The notes below the pieces were generated by a model. That model worked only from the letters and a program-made list of their open reading frames with translations. It made no database searches and had not been told where the DNA came from. From Eledone cirrhosa (taxonomy: Eukaryota), in assembly GCA_964016885.1 (NCBI GenBank), contig OZ024751.1:18848001-18912000 (forward strand): 64,000 bases of DNA. Direction: 5' to 3'. Of the stretch, positions 13,126 through 26,309 are shown piece by piece; position 1 is the first letter of the stretch, and each line of letters begins with the position of its first letter. The translations under genes were made by a program, and so were the position numbers.

Positions 13126-14689
13126 GACATATATATATATATATATATACATACACATATATACACATACATACATACATACAGGGAGAGAGAGAGAGAC
13201 AGAGAGAGACATATATATATTTGGCTCTAGGTGAGATCAACATCTAAGTGACTGATTGGCATTCAGAATGGTTCAACGAGGAAAATCCACAAATTAGATA
13301 AAAGTGTCAATGAGAGATTTAAACATATATAAAGACGGAGAGGGGGGGGGCGAGATGGAGAGAGACGGCGAGAGGGAGGCAGGGAGAGACGGCGAGAGGG
13401 AGAGTGACGATGGGGTGGGTGGGGGGGAGACAATTGGTGATGTACGGGAGAATGGAGAAGGAGTAATTGGAGATGAGTGAGGGAGAGTGTGTGAAAGCGG
13501 AAGAAAGAGAGGAGTAATTGGAGAGGAGTGAAGGAGAGTGTGAGAAAGCGAGAGAGAGAAAGAGGAGTAAGAGAGATGAGTGCATGGAGAGGGTGTGAGT
13601 GAGAGGGAGAGGTGTGTGAGAGAGAGAGGGGTAGAAAAGTGGTAAGTGAAATACTGAATGAAAGGTTGACAAGATGGCGCAGAGATTGGTAGTGAGATTG
13701 GTTGAGGATGAGTGGCGGCGTTGGACGGAGTGGAGTGGAAGTGGTTGTTTGGAGTGAGACTAAGGATGTAAGCAAGTTAGCCTGAGAGAGAGAGAGAGAG
13801 AGAAAGAGGGAGAGAAGGAAAAGAAGGAGAGAGAGAGAGAGAAGGAAGAGAGAGCGAGAGAGAGAGAGTAGGAAAGAGAGAGAGAGAGAGAAGGAAAAAG
13901 AGAGAGAGAAAAGGAGAAAAGTTGAGAGGGGAGAGATGATGAGAGAGAGGACAGAAGAGAGTAAAAGAGAGAGAGGGAGGGAGGGACAGTGAGATAGAAG
14001 AAAAAGAGAGAAAATGTGAGAGAGAGGAGAGAGTGAGACAGAGAGAAAGAGGGCAAACAAGGTGATTCCAATTTGTTGATGTCTGATATTAGCAGGTGAT
14101 AGTACAGAGTTGGGTGTCGCCTTCTGTCTAGACATGTTGTCTGGACAGACGGGTGGAAGGAGGAGGAGAGGAGATTGAGGAGGAGGAGGAGAAGCAATTG
14201 ATGGAACGAAAGTGGGAGTGGGAGTAGCGAAGGGCTGAGAATCGCGTAAGGTAAGATAGCTAGGTAGGGTAGGTCGGTAGGTAAGTGGGGGTGGTGTGTA
14301 GGTATGTCTGTCGGTAGGGTAGGTAGGTAGGTAGGTAGGTAGGTAGGTAAGTAAGTAGGTTGGGAGGTAAGGGTAGGTAACCAAAACTGGACTGAACTGG
14401 ACTGTCATCGTCTCAACCGGAAGTGGAACACCCCAACACCACCTCGACCAACACCACCACCACCAATATCGCCGCCGCCGCCGCCATCTTCTCTTTCGTG
14501 CTTGTTGCTTGTTATTATTAAACATTTCTGACAGACCAAGCGCGAGGCACGGACCAGGCTCGAGTAACGCCAATTTCAAGTGCGCATGTCAATAAAATGA
14601 AAATAAATAAATGAATAAATATAATTTGTGCTGATGTCGGGAGGGGAGGGGAGGGGAGGGTAGGAGGGGCTCTTCTGGCGGTGGAGGGA

Positions 14690-15360
14690 GATGATAAACA
14701 CGGTGGTTGTGGTGGAAGTAATGGGAGTGGTGCTGGTGGTGGTGCTGGTGGTGGTGGTGGTGGTGGTGGTGGTGGTGGTGGTGGTGGTTGTAATGGTGGT
14801 GGTTCTGGTCGTATTGGTTGTAGTGGTGCTGGTGTTGGTGGTGTTGTTGTTGTTGGTGGTGATGGCACTGGTGGAGGTGGTGGTGATGGCGCTGGTGGTG
14901 TTGGTGGTGGTCGTAGTGGTGGTCGTGGTGGTGGTCGTGGTGGTGATGGCACTGGTGGTGGTGGTGGCAGTGGTGTTAGTGATGGCAGTGGTGGGGGTGG
15001 GGGCGCGGGTGGGGGTGATAGAACTGGTGGTGGTGTTGGTGGTAGTGGTGTTAGTGATGGCGGTGCTAGTGTTGGTGGTGGTGTTAGTGATGGCGTTGGT
15101 GGTGGTGGTGGTCGTGGTGGTGGTGTAGGTGATGGCGCTGTTGGTTGTGTTAGTGATGGTGGTGGTCGTCGCCGTTGTTGTGCTGGTGAGGGTGGTAGTG
15201 GTGATGGTGCTGTTGGTTATAGTAGTGGTGGTGTCAGTGATGGCACTGGTGGTGGTATTTGTTGTAGCGATGTTGGTGCTGGTGGTGGTGGTGATGGTGG
15301 TACACATGCTGTTGTTTGTAGTAGTGGTGGTAGTGGTGGTAGTGGTCGTGGTAGTTGTCA
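14690..15360. repeat. (GGT)n degenerate triplet repeat
   Basis: Direct inspection. Confidence 0.9.
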
Positions 15361-15719
15361 ACATCATTGTCGTCAATTTCCCACGACGGCCATTTTTTTT
15401 AGTTGTTATTGTCACTATGGAAAAGAGAATGACAAAAAAACGAGTAAAATATATAAATCAATAGATAAATAATTAAATAAAAATCATCATCCATCTTTTT
15501 ATTTTTTCACTCTTTAGTAATCTTTCTACTCATTCTCATACATCATTATCGCCATCATCAGTTTAGCCACCATAACCACCATAATCAGCATTACCATCAT
15601 CACTGTCACCCCCACCATCTTCGTCATTACCCCTACCCAACGGCGCCAAACCCTATACATGCCATGCAAATTAGACTTGCCATTTCAGATGGTTTCTATA
15701 TTCTTTCTGTATGACATAT

Positions 15720-15897
15720 CAGATCTGCCAACCTCTAGAAACCGAAACGAGGAGTACCATATAAAAGAGTGCCCCAAAACGGGGAGATTTTACATAATGA
15801 AAGTGTTATACCCATTTTCACAAGTAAAGACATCTCACACCCACCCCAAAAGTGGTTGGGAGATCTCTCCGTCGGGCGGGGAGAGTTGACAGGTCTG
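15720..15897. mobile_element. hAT-type MITE
   Basis: TIRs cagatctgccaacc / agttgacaggtctg; subterminal gggaga motifs; TSD not clear. Confidence 0.6.
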
Positions 15898-16019
15898 CAT
15901 ATGTATATGGCATTTCTCTAGTAATATTTCTCCGTATGCGGAAACATAGAGGTAGTTATTCTCTGATGAGGACACAATATGTCGGAAATGTCAACATATT
16001 GGTGTATGATTTACTAAGT

Positions 16020-16393
16020 CTAAAGTCTGTTTCGAGTCCGAAGCCTCATCAGGCCGTTGCTTATCCCGGTTTCCTTGGCGGTAAGCGATTGAGAGTACAT
16101 GACCGGCCACCTTGCACAGGATTTAACGCAAGGTTAAGCCACCAGCTATAGCAGGTACTTATTTTCAGCTGAGTATACTGGAGCAGCATGTAATGAAGTA
16201 TTTTGCTCAAGAAGAAAACACATTAGGAACATAAATCCAACACCATTACCACTAGACCACGCGCCTCCACCTTTTGATTTATGCACGAGACGAACAATTT
16301 TGGGGGAGAGGGAAGTCAATTAAATCGACCCCAGAGCGTTACTGGTACTTTAATTTATCGACGCCGTAAGGATGAAAGGCAAAGTTAACCTCA
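16020..16393 (-). mobile_element. Adjacent SINE S2 and S1 fragments
   Basis: S2 body 16020-16270; S1 core ggtactttaatttatcgac...ggatgaaaggcaaagttaacctc at 16340-16393. Confidence 0.7.
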
Positions 16394-16533
16394 TAATAAT
16401 ACTCTTTATTTTTCAGAAATGATGACAAACTATCGCTCAATGCGTTGACACTTTTATTTTCCTTCTACAGCAAGCGTGAAATTAATAATAATTTGTGTAA
16501 TGGAATCTGTGTTTGCCTTTATACACACACACA

Positions 16534-16587
<54 letters not shown>

Positions 16588-16697
16588 CTCTATTATCACA
16601 TAGAAACTATGTCAGTTTCTTTGTTATTTCTGTTTACTTTTTCATATATATATATATATATATATCTGTGTGTGTGTGTACATATATAAATACACAC

Positions 16698-16816
<119 letters not shown>

Positions 16817-17054
16817 TGAGTATGTGATTATTATTACGCTTATCAAAGGACACGCCATCGAAACTGTTTAAAGCTTGACCGGCGGGCTTACTATCCCATA
16901 GTAACACCTACTTTCTTTACTAGTTGAATAATGGTCATACAAGTCTTAACTAGTATAGTAACATATATATATAGAGAGAGAGACATATATAGATATATAC
17001 ACACATACGCACACGTACATACATACATACACACACACACATATCTCTATCTAT

Positions 17055-17340
17055 CTAAGGCGGGTAAAATTCCCGAGATCCATGGACGAGTTCTCTCCAG
17101 CGGTCTCTGTCCCTCATTATCGCTGCCATGCCCTGCATCTCCAACAGACCAGTGTCTGTCCTTAGGGCATCAACATACGTTAACCTTGGTCTTCCTCTTC
17201 TAGTGTGTCCATGTAGGGGCTCCCAAAGGAGCACTGAGTGCAATGTCAACTCTGGATGTCGGTGAGCATGTCCAGCCAACCTCAGTCTCCTCTGTGTCAC
17301 TTTTGAGCTGACTTTTGGGATGCTCCCATACAGCTCTGAG
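17055..17340 (-). pseudogene. 3'-terminal fragment of RTE-clade LINE ORF2
   Basis: RRLRLAGHAHRH...VLLWEP...RRGRPRLTYVD...MRDRDRWRELV, typical RTE C-terminal motifs; the ORF N-terminus is translated (TA)n. Confidence 0.85.
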
Positions 17341-17352
17341 TTTTTGAAAAAA

Positions 17353-17413
<61 letters not shown>

Positions 17414-17417
<4 letters not shown>

Positions 17418-17713
17418 GTAGGACAGAACAAAGGAGAGGCACATAAAAAAGAAAAGAATCCCCAGTCACTGAAGAGGTCACAGAATGTGTGACGAAAGAA
17501 CTTTGACAATATATAAACAATCATCTGGTTGTGGAACCAACCAACCAACCGGAAATTTATAAATTCCTAAATTTATAAATTTATTATAGTAAATTGAAGT
17601 GAAAGCAACTGGTGCGTGTGTTTCTTATTGGCAACATAACCCTCCCAAAGTATAACAATATCTGTTTCAACACACGTTTTCAGATAAAGAATCTTGCTAA
17701 ACAAATTCAGAAA

Positions 17714-17716
<3 letters not shown>
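17414..17716 (+). mobile_element. Family B element
   Basis: Homologous to 7180-7482; (TA)n flanks. Confidence 0.85.
17465..17507 (+). ncRNA. Minimal hammerhead motif (family B)
   Basis: GUCA-CUGAAGA-g-GUCACA..UGUGAC-GAAA-GaaC-UU^UGAC. Confidence 0.65.
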
Positions 17717-17776
<60 letters not shown>

Positions 17777-17953
17777 GAAATAGTGTAGAGTGAAAAAACA
17801 GAAAGAAATAATACTTATTTAATAATACTTATTTACTCGTTTAAACCACTGACATGTATATAGATAACTGTCGCCAGAAGGCGCTGTCGTCTGTAGAGTT
17901 TGCTTTCCACTCATTCATTCATACGCTAACACACACATACGCACACGAATAAA

Positions 17954-18027
<74 letters not shown>

Positions 18028-18060
18028 ATATATATTATATATATATATTATATATATATG

Positions 18061-18134
<74 letters not shown>

Positions 18135-18168
18135 GAGGAAGAGAGAAAGATGGACGTACGTTTGTGTT

Positions 18169-18201
<33 letters not shown>

Positions 18202-18582
18202 GTGCATGGTCACACACGTAAATACACGCCCACAAACAAATAAACATACATGCATACAAACTTATACACCCAAGCGATACGTAAACACAAATACACACAC
18301 AGAGAGAGAGAGAGAGGGGGGGTAGAGAGAGAGACAACATATGTACAAATAGAAAACATATAGAGAGAGAGTGACACTATATATAGAGAGACAGACAGAC
18401 AATAAATATATATATAGAGAGAGAGGGAGAGAGAGAGAGAGAGAGATGGTCGTATATATACTGAGACAAATAATATATAGAGAGAGCGAGATCATTATAT
18501 ATATATATATATAAGAGAGAGAGAGAGAGAGAGAGAACGAGTATATAGAAAGACAGAGAGACAGTATATAGAGGAAAACAGA

Positions 18583-18701
<119 letters not shown>

Positions 18702-19278
18702 CAGTCACTGGTAGATAAGGTGACATGAGTTGTTTGGTTCCTTGGCCAAATATTTTAAGGTTTGTTTATGTCAGTCGTTGTTTGTCTGTGGCGGCGTCAT
18801 CATTGACTCCGCCACCACATCCTCTTCTTCTACCATCATCTCCACCGACACCTCCTACCCCTACACATTTACCAACACCGCCTCTTGTAGCATCACCTCC
18901 TCCACATCCACCATCTACCCTCCTCTACCATCACCTCCACACACACACACACACATCTCCTCTCATTCCACGTCCAGCCATCACCTCCTCCTCCTCTACC
19001 ATCACCTCCACCAACACCTCCTCGACCATATCCACCACCTCCACATACAATCTCCAACCCCTACCACCACCGCCACCTACCTCACAAACTCCTCCGCCAT
19101 CACACCCTTCACAAATCTCTACAGCACCACCACCGGCAGCACCTCTTCCACCATCACCAACAACAACGGCAGTAATAGTAACACCACCAAAACCTTCAAC
19201 GCCAATAACATCAACACCGCCAACATCAGTTTTTACTCCTAGTTCCTAATAACCACAGGCAACACCTTTCGTTAACTT

Positions 19279-19371
<93 letters not shown>

Positions 19372-19460
19372 AGAGAGAGAGGATAAAACTTCAGGTGAAT
19401 AAAGTTATTCATAGAAGTGTTAGACAAATAAAATATCCGAAATTTCTTCTTGTCTATCCA

Positions 19461-19531
<71 letters not shown>

Positions 19532-19561
19532 AAATGGTGAATTTGAATAAATACACTCACA

Positions 19562-19599
<38 letters not shown>

Positions 19600-19603
<4 letters not shown>

Positions 19604-19810
19604 AAAATGTTTGACCCCGACGGCAGAGCTCGAGCCGTTTCGACGGCTATTTCTGGGCTAATTTCTGAATTTAGTCCAGAAATACCCGTCGAAACGGCTT
19701 GAGCTCTGCCGTCGGGGTCGAACATTTTCCTATTACCCACTCTACTAACCTAACTATTGAGTACTCTGGTGCGTTATGGTCCATCTGGTTCCTTACCACA
19801 CCTCCTTCGT

Positions 19811-19812
<2 letters not shown>
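19600..19812. mobile_element. Family A inverted-repeat element
   Basis: Arms ggaaaatgtttgacccc.../...ggggtcgaacattttcc plus tail. Confidence 0.85.
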
Positions 19813-19843
<31 letters not shown>

Positions 19844-19849
19844 ATACAA

Positions 19850-19902
<53 letters not shown>

Positions 19903-19920
19903 TGAACATATATACATATA

Positions 19921-19998
19921 CAGCGTATCCCAAACACTGTATACAAACTTTTATTAGAATGTTGTTGAACTATGTATACATTATCCTGGGACACCTTC
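19921..19998. mobile_element. ~75 bp Tc1-type MITE (also 27319-27393, 59032-59106, 59397-59513, 63404-63482)
   Basis: Palindromic cagggtgtccc..aaatgtatac...gtatacattt..gggacaccctg with TA flanks. Confidence 0.75.
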
Positions 19999-20065
19999 TG
20001 TATATATATATATATTGTGTATATATTGTGTAACCACAATATACACAATATATATATATACACAA

Positions 20066-20288
20066 AGAAGTGGTTACACAACAGTTAGTTCACCATACCG
20101 AGAACAATTGTTTCTCCTTAGCGGATCCTCAGCTCATAATCATGTAAAACCTTTACGAGCTGAGGATCCGCTAAGGTGAAACAATTGTTCTCGGTATGGT
20201 GAACTAACTGTTGTGTAACCACTTCTACCTAACTCGTCCCATGGACTGAGTGCTCTACCACTACGGATATTACCTTCCAGTGTTCCAC

Positions 20289-20292
<4 letters not shown>
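20066..20292. mobile_element. Hammerhead element family D, inverted repeat with tail
   Basis: ~70 bp arms 20066-20135 / 20157-20226 plus tail ending in (TA)n; tail homologues at 36665-36710 and 40156-40225. Confidence 0.85.
20156..20193 (+). ncRNA. Minimal hammerhead motif (family D); mirror copy on - at ~20099-20135
   Basis: CGAG-CUGAGGA-UCC gcuaa GG(A/U)-GAAA-CAAUUG-UU^CUCG; palindromic stem III. Confidence 0.75.
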
Positions 20293-20345
<53 letters not shown>

Positions 20346-20735
20346 GTAAGTATGTATGTATACGTACATACATATATGCATACAGACGTACAGTAGCATG
20401 CATATATATATATATATATATATACACATATGCATACAGGTACACATACATATATGCACGCATCAGTTTAGCCGACGTTTATTATAACGCAGCTTTGTTC
20501 GCTTGTTTGTCAACAAATCGAACAGCCTGAATTTATGCCATACGGTGTTAAGGCAACCACGTCACCTTTTTGTTCAACACTGACACAGGAACGATGTACT
20601 AGTTTCAAGCTTGTTAGCTATCATCAGCACCGTTTACCCATCTGCCAGATAGTTGAACGTTCGAAAGTATATACTTTCCTTATGAAAATTAACGGCTGAG
20701 AAGCCTAATTTGCATATTGAGTGAGTTATATATAT

Positions 20736-20930
20736 ACAAATGAAAGTACAGCATATTCGAAGTTCGAGCAGCAGCTAAGCCAATGAATGCCTTCAGCAGT
20801 GCAGCAGCCAAGCACTCGACAAGGTATAGACCTCAGAGTAATAACACAGTTTAAATGGCTTTGTAAATTGAAGATAGCGACCGCTAATTCAGCTGCGTGA
20901 TCTGTAGCAACGAAAGAACTGCCTAGTGAG
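20736..20930. mobile_element. TA-embedded dispersed repeat family K (second copy 58798-58987)
   Basis: Colinear similarity aaatg.aagt.cagcata..cgaag...gcagctaagc...agagtaataaca...aaattgaagat.gcgacc. Confidence 0.65.
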
Positions 20931-20969
20931 AAAAAAAATACATACACACACACATATATATATATATAT

Positions 20970-21181
20970 AAGAAAGTGAGGTTTTTTTACAAAATGAAAA
21001 ATAACCTAGGTGTCCTACACGAGTGAAAGTATAAAGAAAAAGAGATGAAATCGAAAATGCAACTGGAGTCTTATTTTTTTTTTAAATATATATATTTATT
21101 TGGTTCCTTTACCGGTTTCGCAGTTCTTCTGCTTTTTAAAAGGTGAGTTGAGATGGAGGGTCTGTGGTTTTTCTCACATCT
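20970..21181 (-). mobile_element. Hammerhead element family G (core G5 mutated in this copy)
   Basis: Homologous to 24986-25135, 25334-25484 and 40775-41052. Confidence 0.8.
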
Positions 21182-21182
21182 G

Positions 21183-21214
<32 letters not shown>

Positions 21215-22483
21215 TATCTCATATATAACAAACCTGGATCATCACTTCGAAATTATTGAATATCTAAGTGAGGTTTCTGTAAATCCGAAATCAACAAAAT
21301 CCGCTTGTGGTGTATACAAGTTAGGTTTCTGGAAGATCGAACAGAGGACTTACGTTTCAACAGGCTTTCGTTCTAACCCAAATCCGGGAGTGATAGCACA
21401 TATTACTCTAAATATATATATATAAAAGCATATATACACATACATACATATATGCATATACATTCATATACATACATATACATACATATATATAGTAATA
21501 AGAATATTTATATTTATATATGTTTAATACAATTATAAATATGTAGGGTAGTACTAAGTACTAGCTGGTTACCGTATGGCAAAAGGCTCAATGCAAATTA
21601 TTATGTGTTTTACAGAGCCGAGATACAAAGTGTTAAAGCGATCAAATTTTAGTTTAGAATATTTATTTGCTGACAATTGTTTCTTCCAGAGGGAAGTCTG
21701 GAATCATCGGAGCATAGGGAATGTGAAAACATGTGACTAAAATCCTAGTCATTCAGAACATTTAGGATACAAAAGTGTTGTTAGTGTCGTATACATCATG
21801 TGGAGAATCAGGAGTTAAAAAGATGTTATGCTTGAGAGAACACAATTACCGGCAGCACTGGTTGAAAGTGTAAGAGGTATAAGGAAAATGTACAGGCAAA
21901 AAAGTTACAAAGCAAGGAAAAATGTGGGATAGGATAAGATATTAGATATCTTAACATTGGAGAACAGTTAATGTTATGGGTGTACAATGCAGGAGTTAAT
22001 ACAGTCAATAAGGCATGTGTGAGGAAAGAGTTGTAATACAGTTGAAATAAACATATTTCATGTGGGGTGTTAAAGCATGTTATAAGTGTTAGAAATGTTA
22101 AGATGGCGTGCTATATGTTAGAGAGACATGTGGTGATAATGTAGGTATATGTTATGTGAGGTGTAATGCAAAGCACGTGATAGAGTTGGATAGGTGATTT
22201 TCACTCAAGTGTTTTTATGTTGTAGTTCGTATGCATATGTATATGTTGGTTGTAACTCACAGCTATTAACCATGGGATTATTTTGAGTCGTTTATAGTTA
22301 ATATGTGTTTTGTTTGTTAAATGTGAATTCCACCAAATTACTGACCATGTTGTTATAGTAGGTATATTATCTTAATGCATTTTTTATCTACAAATTATCT
22401 TTTCTAGGGTTTGTATTAACCGTTATTAAGTTGGTTAACCGTTTTTATGTTGGTAAACCGTTAGGCTGCTTAATTTATGAATT

Positions 22484-22530
<47 letters not shown>

Positions 22531-23279
22531 CATATATATATGCATATACATTCATACATATATGAATATACATTCATACACACATATATATATATATGCA
22601 TATACATTCATACCTATATATACACATATATATACTTATTTATTTACATAAGTAAAAGCATATATACTATACACATACATACATACATGCACATATATAT
22701 AAGCATATATACACACACATATACATGTATATATACATTATATTTATGCAAATATATACACACGAGAGTGTGTGTGTGAGAGTGTGTGTGAGAGTGTGTG
22801 TGTGAGAGTGTGTGAATGTGTGTGAGTGTGTTGTGTTTGTGTGTGTGTGTGTTTTGTGTGTGTGTGTGAGAGAGTGTGTGTGAGAGTGTGTGAGTGTGTG
22901 TGTGTGTGTGAAGGAAACACAGTGTGGGACAATGAAGACCAATCAAGAGAATGCCACAATGTAACACATTCAGTGAGATTATTACATTAAAGAAATACCT
23001 ATTCATATAAGACACCACAGATTTCCTTTAGAATAAAAAAAACATCTCATTCTCTCTTTTTAGAGGAATAACTAAACATTAAGAAAGAGAAAATTCTTCA
23101 ATAGAAGATAGATTTGAACAATGGTTTGAACGGCATCATGCCACAGAATTTGCATATTTATACAGAAATATGTATGGAACATCTTTAATGGAATTTTTAA
23201 AATTCATATTTTAAAAAAACATCCGATAAAAAAACGAAAAAATATATATACCAGCGGATGTATCATATATATATATATA

Positions 23280-23584
23280 AACATATATGAATATATATAT
23301 ATATGAATATATGTATAGGAATGCATATATATATATATGAACATATATGAATATGTGTATATGAATGTATATATATATATGAACATATATGAATATGTGT
23401 ATATGAATGTATATATATATATGAACATATATGAATATGTGTATATGAATGTATATATATATATGAACATATATGAATATATGTATATGAATGTATATAT
23501 ATATATATATATATATATATGAATATATATATATATATAAATATATATATGAATGTATATATATATATATATATATATATATGA

Positions 23585-23590
<6 letters not shown>
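23280..23590. repeat. 42-nt AT-rich minisatellite
   Basis: atgaacatatatgaatatgtgtatatgaatgtatatatatat repeated. Confidence 0.9.
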
Positions 23591-23625
<35 letters not shown>

Positions 23626-23639
23626 GGCAGGCAAAAAAA

Positions 23640-23678
<39 letters not shown>

Positions 23679-23796
23679 CAGGCAAAAATAAATCTAATGC
23701 AAAGATGTACATATTTGTGTATGTATGAATAAACACACACGGAGATGGACATACACACACGTGATGTATATAGATATATACATACATATGTATATA

Positions 23797-23831
<35 letters not shown>

Positions 23832-24235
23832 CAGTGTCGTCAATGTAACTATGTTATTATAGTAATCTTCACATAACACATCGCCTTCCTTCTCGTGATT
23901 GTTTGAAGATGCAACAATTGTATTCATTGTTTACAATATTCCCCACCCCCACCCCACCCCTTCCTCCTCCTCCCCATCATCATCATCACCATCATCACTA
24001 TCATCCTCATCATCTCTGTCATTGTGATTATTAATATTTTTATTTGTATTATTGTTATTATTCAGATGTATTTTCCTGCAAAGCAATGTAAATTTACAAT
24101 TCATATATGTAATTGTATTATACACGAACTATAACTGTATATAATATAACAACCGTGTATATATAAAGTATTAGTAAATCATATACATACATATTTATTA
24201 TGCACATAGATTAAAAATAACAAGTATATGTTATA

Positions 24236-24279
<44 letters not shown>

Positions 24280-24403
24280 TTGTTTAATACTATGTGGAGA
24301 GAGGGAGAGACGGCGGCTGTGACAGTGGCAGTTTGGTTCCATTGTGATCGGACCTGGTGTTTTGTATATATTTATTTACCACATCACATTAAACTCTCTC
24401 TCC

Positions 24404-24449
<46 letters not shown>

Positions 24450-24453
<4 letters not shown>

Positions 24454-24560
24454 AAATGGCGTGCTGCGTGGTTGCAAATGGGTTACATATGAATAAAATT
24501 AGTCCTTCATCAGTGATCTTCCAACGTTCATTGGTATTTCATCGCTTTAAAGACCATATA
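24450..24560. mobile_element. Dispersed repeat family C (also 24919-24953 and 31915-31997)
   Basis: Shared acatatgaataaaattagtccttcatcagtgat; minus-strand CUGAUGA present but no complete hammerhead fold. Confidence 0.6.
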
Positions 24561-24715
24561 CCTCCGGTTGGTGCGAGCAATAACTAAAGAAAGTTATTGG
24601 GACACGTAAAATAGGGGGAACGAACGAGACAGTAAACAAACAAACAAAGATGGTAATGCAACGAAAAGTGAGGAAGAAGGAGTCAAGTCCCTGAAATCGT
24701 GTGTGTGTGTAGGAA

Positions 24716-24748
<33 letters not shown>

Positions 24749-24799
24749 TATATAGTGAAGAAACATAAGTCAATTGCATGAACTCATAATCCTTTATTT

Positions 24800-24855
24800 A
24801 CTGCTATATATATTTCGATGATAGTCATTGAATGGCTATGACCTCATCAGGCAGT
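24800..24855 (-). ncRNA. Minimal type I hammerhead motif
   Basis: ACUGC-CUGAUGA-12 bp stem II (2 mismatches)-GAAA-UAUAUA-UA^GCAGU. Confidence 0.85.
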
Positions 24856-24950
24856 TAGTCAGTTCTTAGATATGCCAGCTCTGTGTATATATAGTGTTGA
24901 TGGTATCAGAGCCTTGGGACATATGAATAAAATTAGTCCTTCATCAGTGA

Positions 24951-24985
<35 letters not shown>

Positions 24986-24990
<5 letters not shown>

Positions 24991-25134
24991 AAAAAAGATT
25001 AAATCGAAAATACAACTGGAGTTTTTTATTTTTAAATATATATTTATTTCGTTCCTTTACCGGTTTCGCAGGTTCGTCTGCTTTTCAAAAGTAGAATTGA
25101 GATGGAGGGTTTGTGGTTTTTCTCACATCTCACT

Positions 25135-25167
<33 letters not shown>

Positions 25168-25251
25168 ACACGATAAAATTTGGTATATTCCTATATATAT
25201 ATATATATTCCTTCCATATAGTGTACCGATTGTGTTATTTCTGTTTACCTT

Positions 25252-25284
<33 letters not shown>

Positions 25285-25480
25285 AGGAATATACCAAATT
25301 TTATCGTGTACATACACACACACATATATATATAAGTGAGATGTGAGAAAAACCACAAACCCTCCATCTCAATTCTACTTTTGAAAAGCAGAAGAACCTG
25401 CGAAACCGGTAAAGGAACGAAATAAATATATATTTAAAAATAAAAAAAACTCCAGTTGTATTTTCGATTTAATCTTTTTT

Positions 25481-25484
<4 letters not shown>
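24986..25484. mobile_element. ~210 bp-arm inverted repeat of family G including upstream microsatellite
   Basis: 24986-25195 is the near-perfect reverse complement of 25283-25484. Confidence 0.85.
25378..25415 (+). ncRNA. Minimal hammerhead with U3-A8 core (family G); mirror copy 25054-25091 (-)
   Basis: CUU-UUGAAAA-GCAG..CUGC-GAAA-CCGG-UA^AAGG; palindromic ACCGGU stem III. Confidence 0.7.
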
Positions 25485-25525
<41 letters not shown>

Positions 25526-26113
25526 TGTGTGTGTATGTGTGTGTGATGTGTGTGTGTAGGAAATATACGTATTAAAGAAAAAAGGCACCGATCAACCTCC
25601 ACCTCCTCTTCAACCACCTCCTCCTCTTCCACCACCATCACTATTACTAAAAAAAACAACACTCACCATCATAGAGAACCGATCGTCAAAATGGCCACAG
25701 GGAAATCTTTCTATTGGTCTTTCCATTGATAATGTAATTTGTTTGTGGCCGCTCCTGAAAAGAAGGAAATTAAATTTGAACTCGGGACTCACAAAACCTA
25801 AACAAATACCACAAGGCATCCTGTCCGACACTTTACAAATCCACGCCCCTGGACTGGCATTTTTTTCATCGACCTCCAAGTGATGAAGTATAAGGTTAGC
25901 CCCGGTGATATTTGAACTGTAATACATATTGGGCGATCAATCTGACGCTTTAAAAGTTCTGCTAAGCCGTCGCAATTAGTTTTAAGTGTACATATTGTGT
26001 ACATACTTAAGTATACGTACTGAATAGACTCAATATATATTCATGTTGAATAGATATATTAGCTATACACAACACGTACGTTTGTTTTTCCTTTTCCATA
26101 CAACTCCACTCAG

Positions 26114-26156
26114 ACCGTGCTGAAGATCCGCTTAAGGTGAAACATTTGTTCTCGGT
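26114..26156 (+). ncRNA. Hammerhead motif (family D variant)
   Basis: ACCGUG-CUGAAGA-uCC..GGu-GAAA-CAUUUG-UU^CUCGGU. Confidence 0.7.
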
Positions 26157-26222
26157 ATTGTGAAATAACTGTTGTGGAATTATATATATATATATAAAAT
26201 TTGCTCCGAAACATAACACCCG

Positions 26223-26309
26223 TGTCTGAAAGAACCCGCAGAAGTAGAATCAGCCAGATCCATACAAGGACCATGACTCGAGCTACATGCCGGCGAAACA
26301 TTTGTAACA
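26223..26309 (+). ncRNA. Hammerhead-like motif, long stem II (family F relative)
   Basis: UGU-CUGAAAGA-~60 nt-GAAA-CAUUUG-UA^ACA; downstream gcatcactgatttt resembles the 11455-11480 arm. Confidence 0.5.

Noticed and set aside
13263-14579. 438-aa ORF as a real gene
   Set aside because: Mostly translated (CT)n and (ACCT)n repeats that lack stops by composition; no recognisable domain
14681-15472. Gly-rich structural protein ORF
   Set aside because: Degenerate (GGT)n open in several frames on both strands; no signal peptide or splice support
24490-24545. Type II/III hammerhead in family C (GAAA upstream of CUGAUGA on the minus strand)
   Set aside because: No NUH triplet or stem III in the required position and stem II does not close
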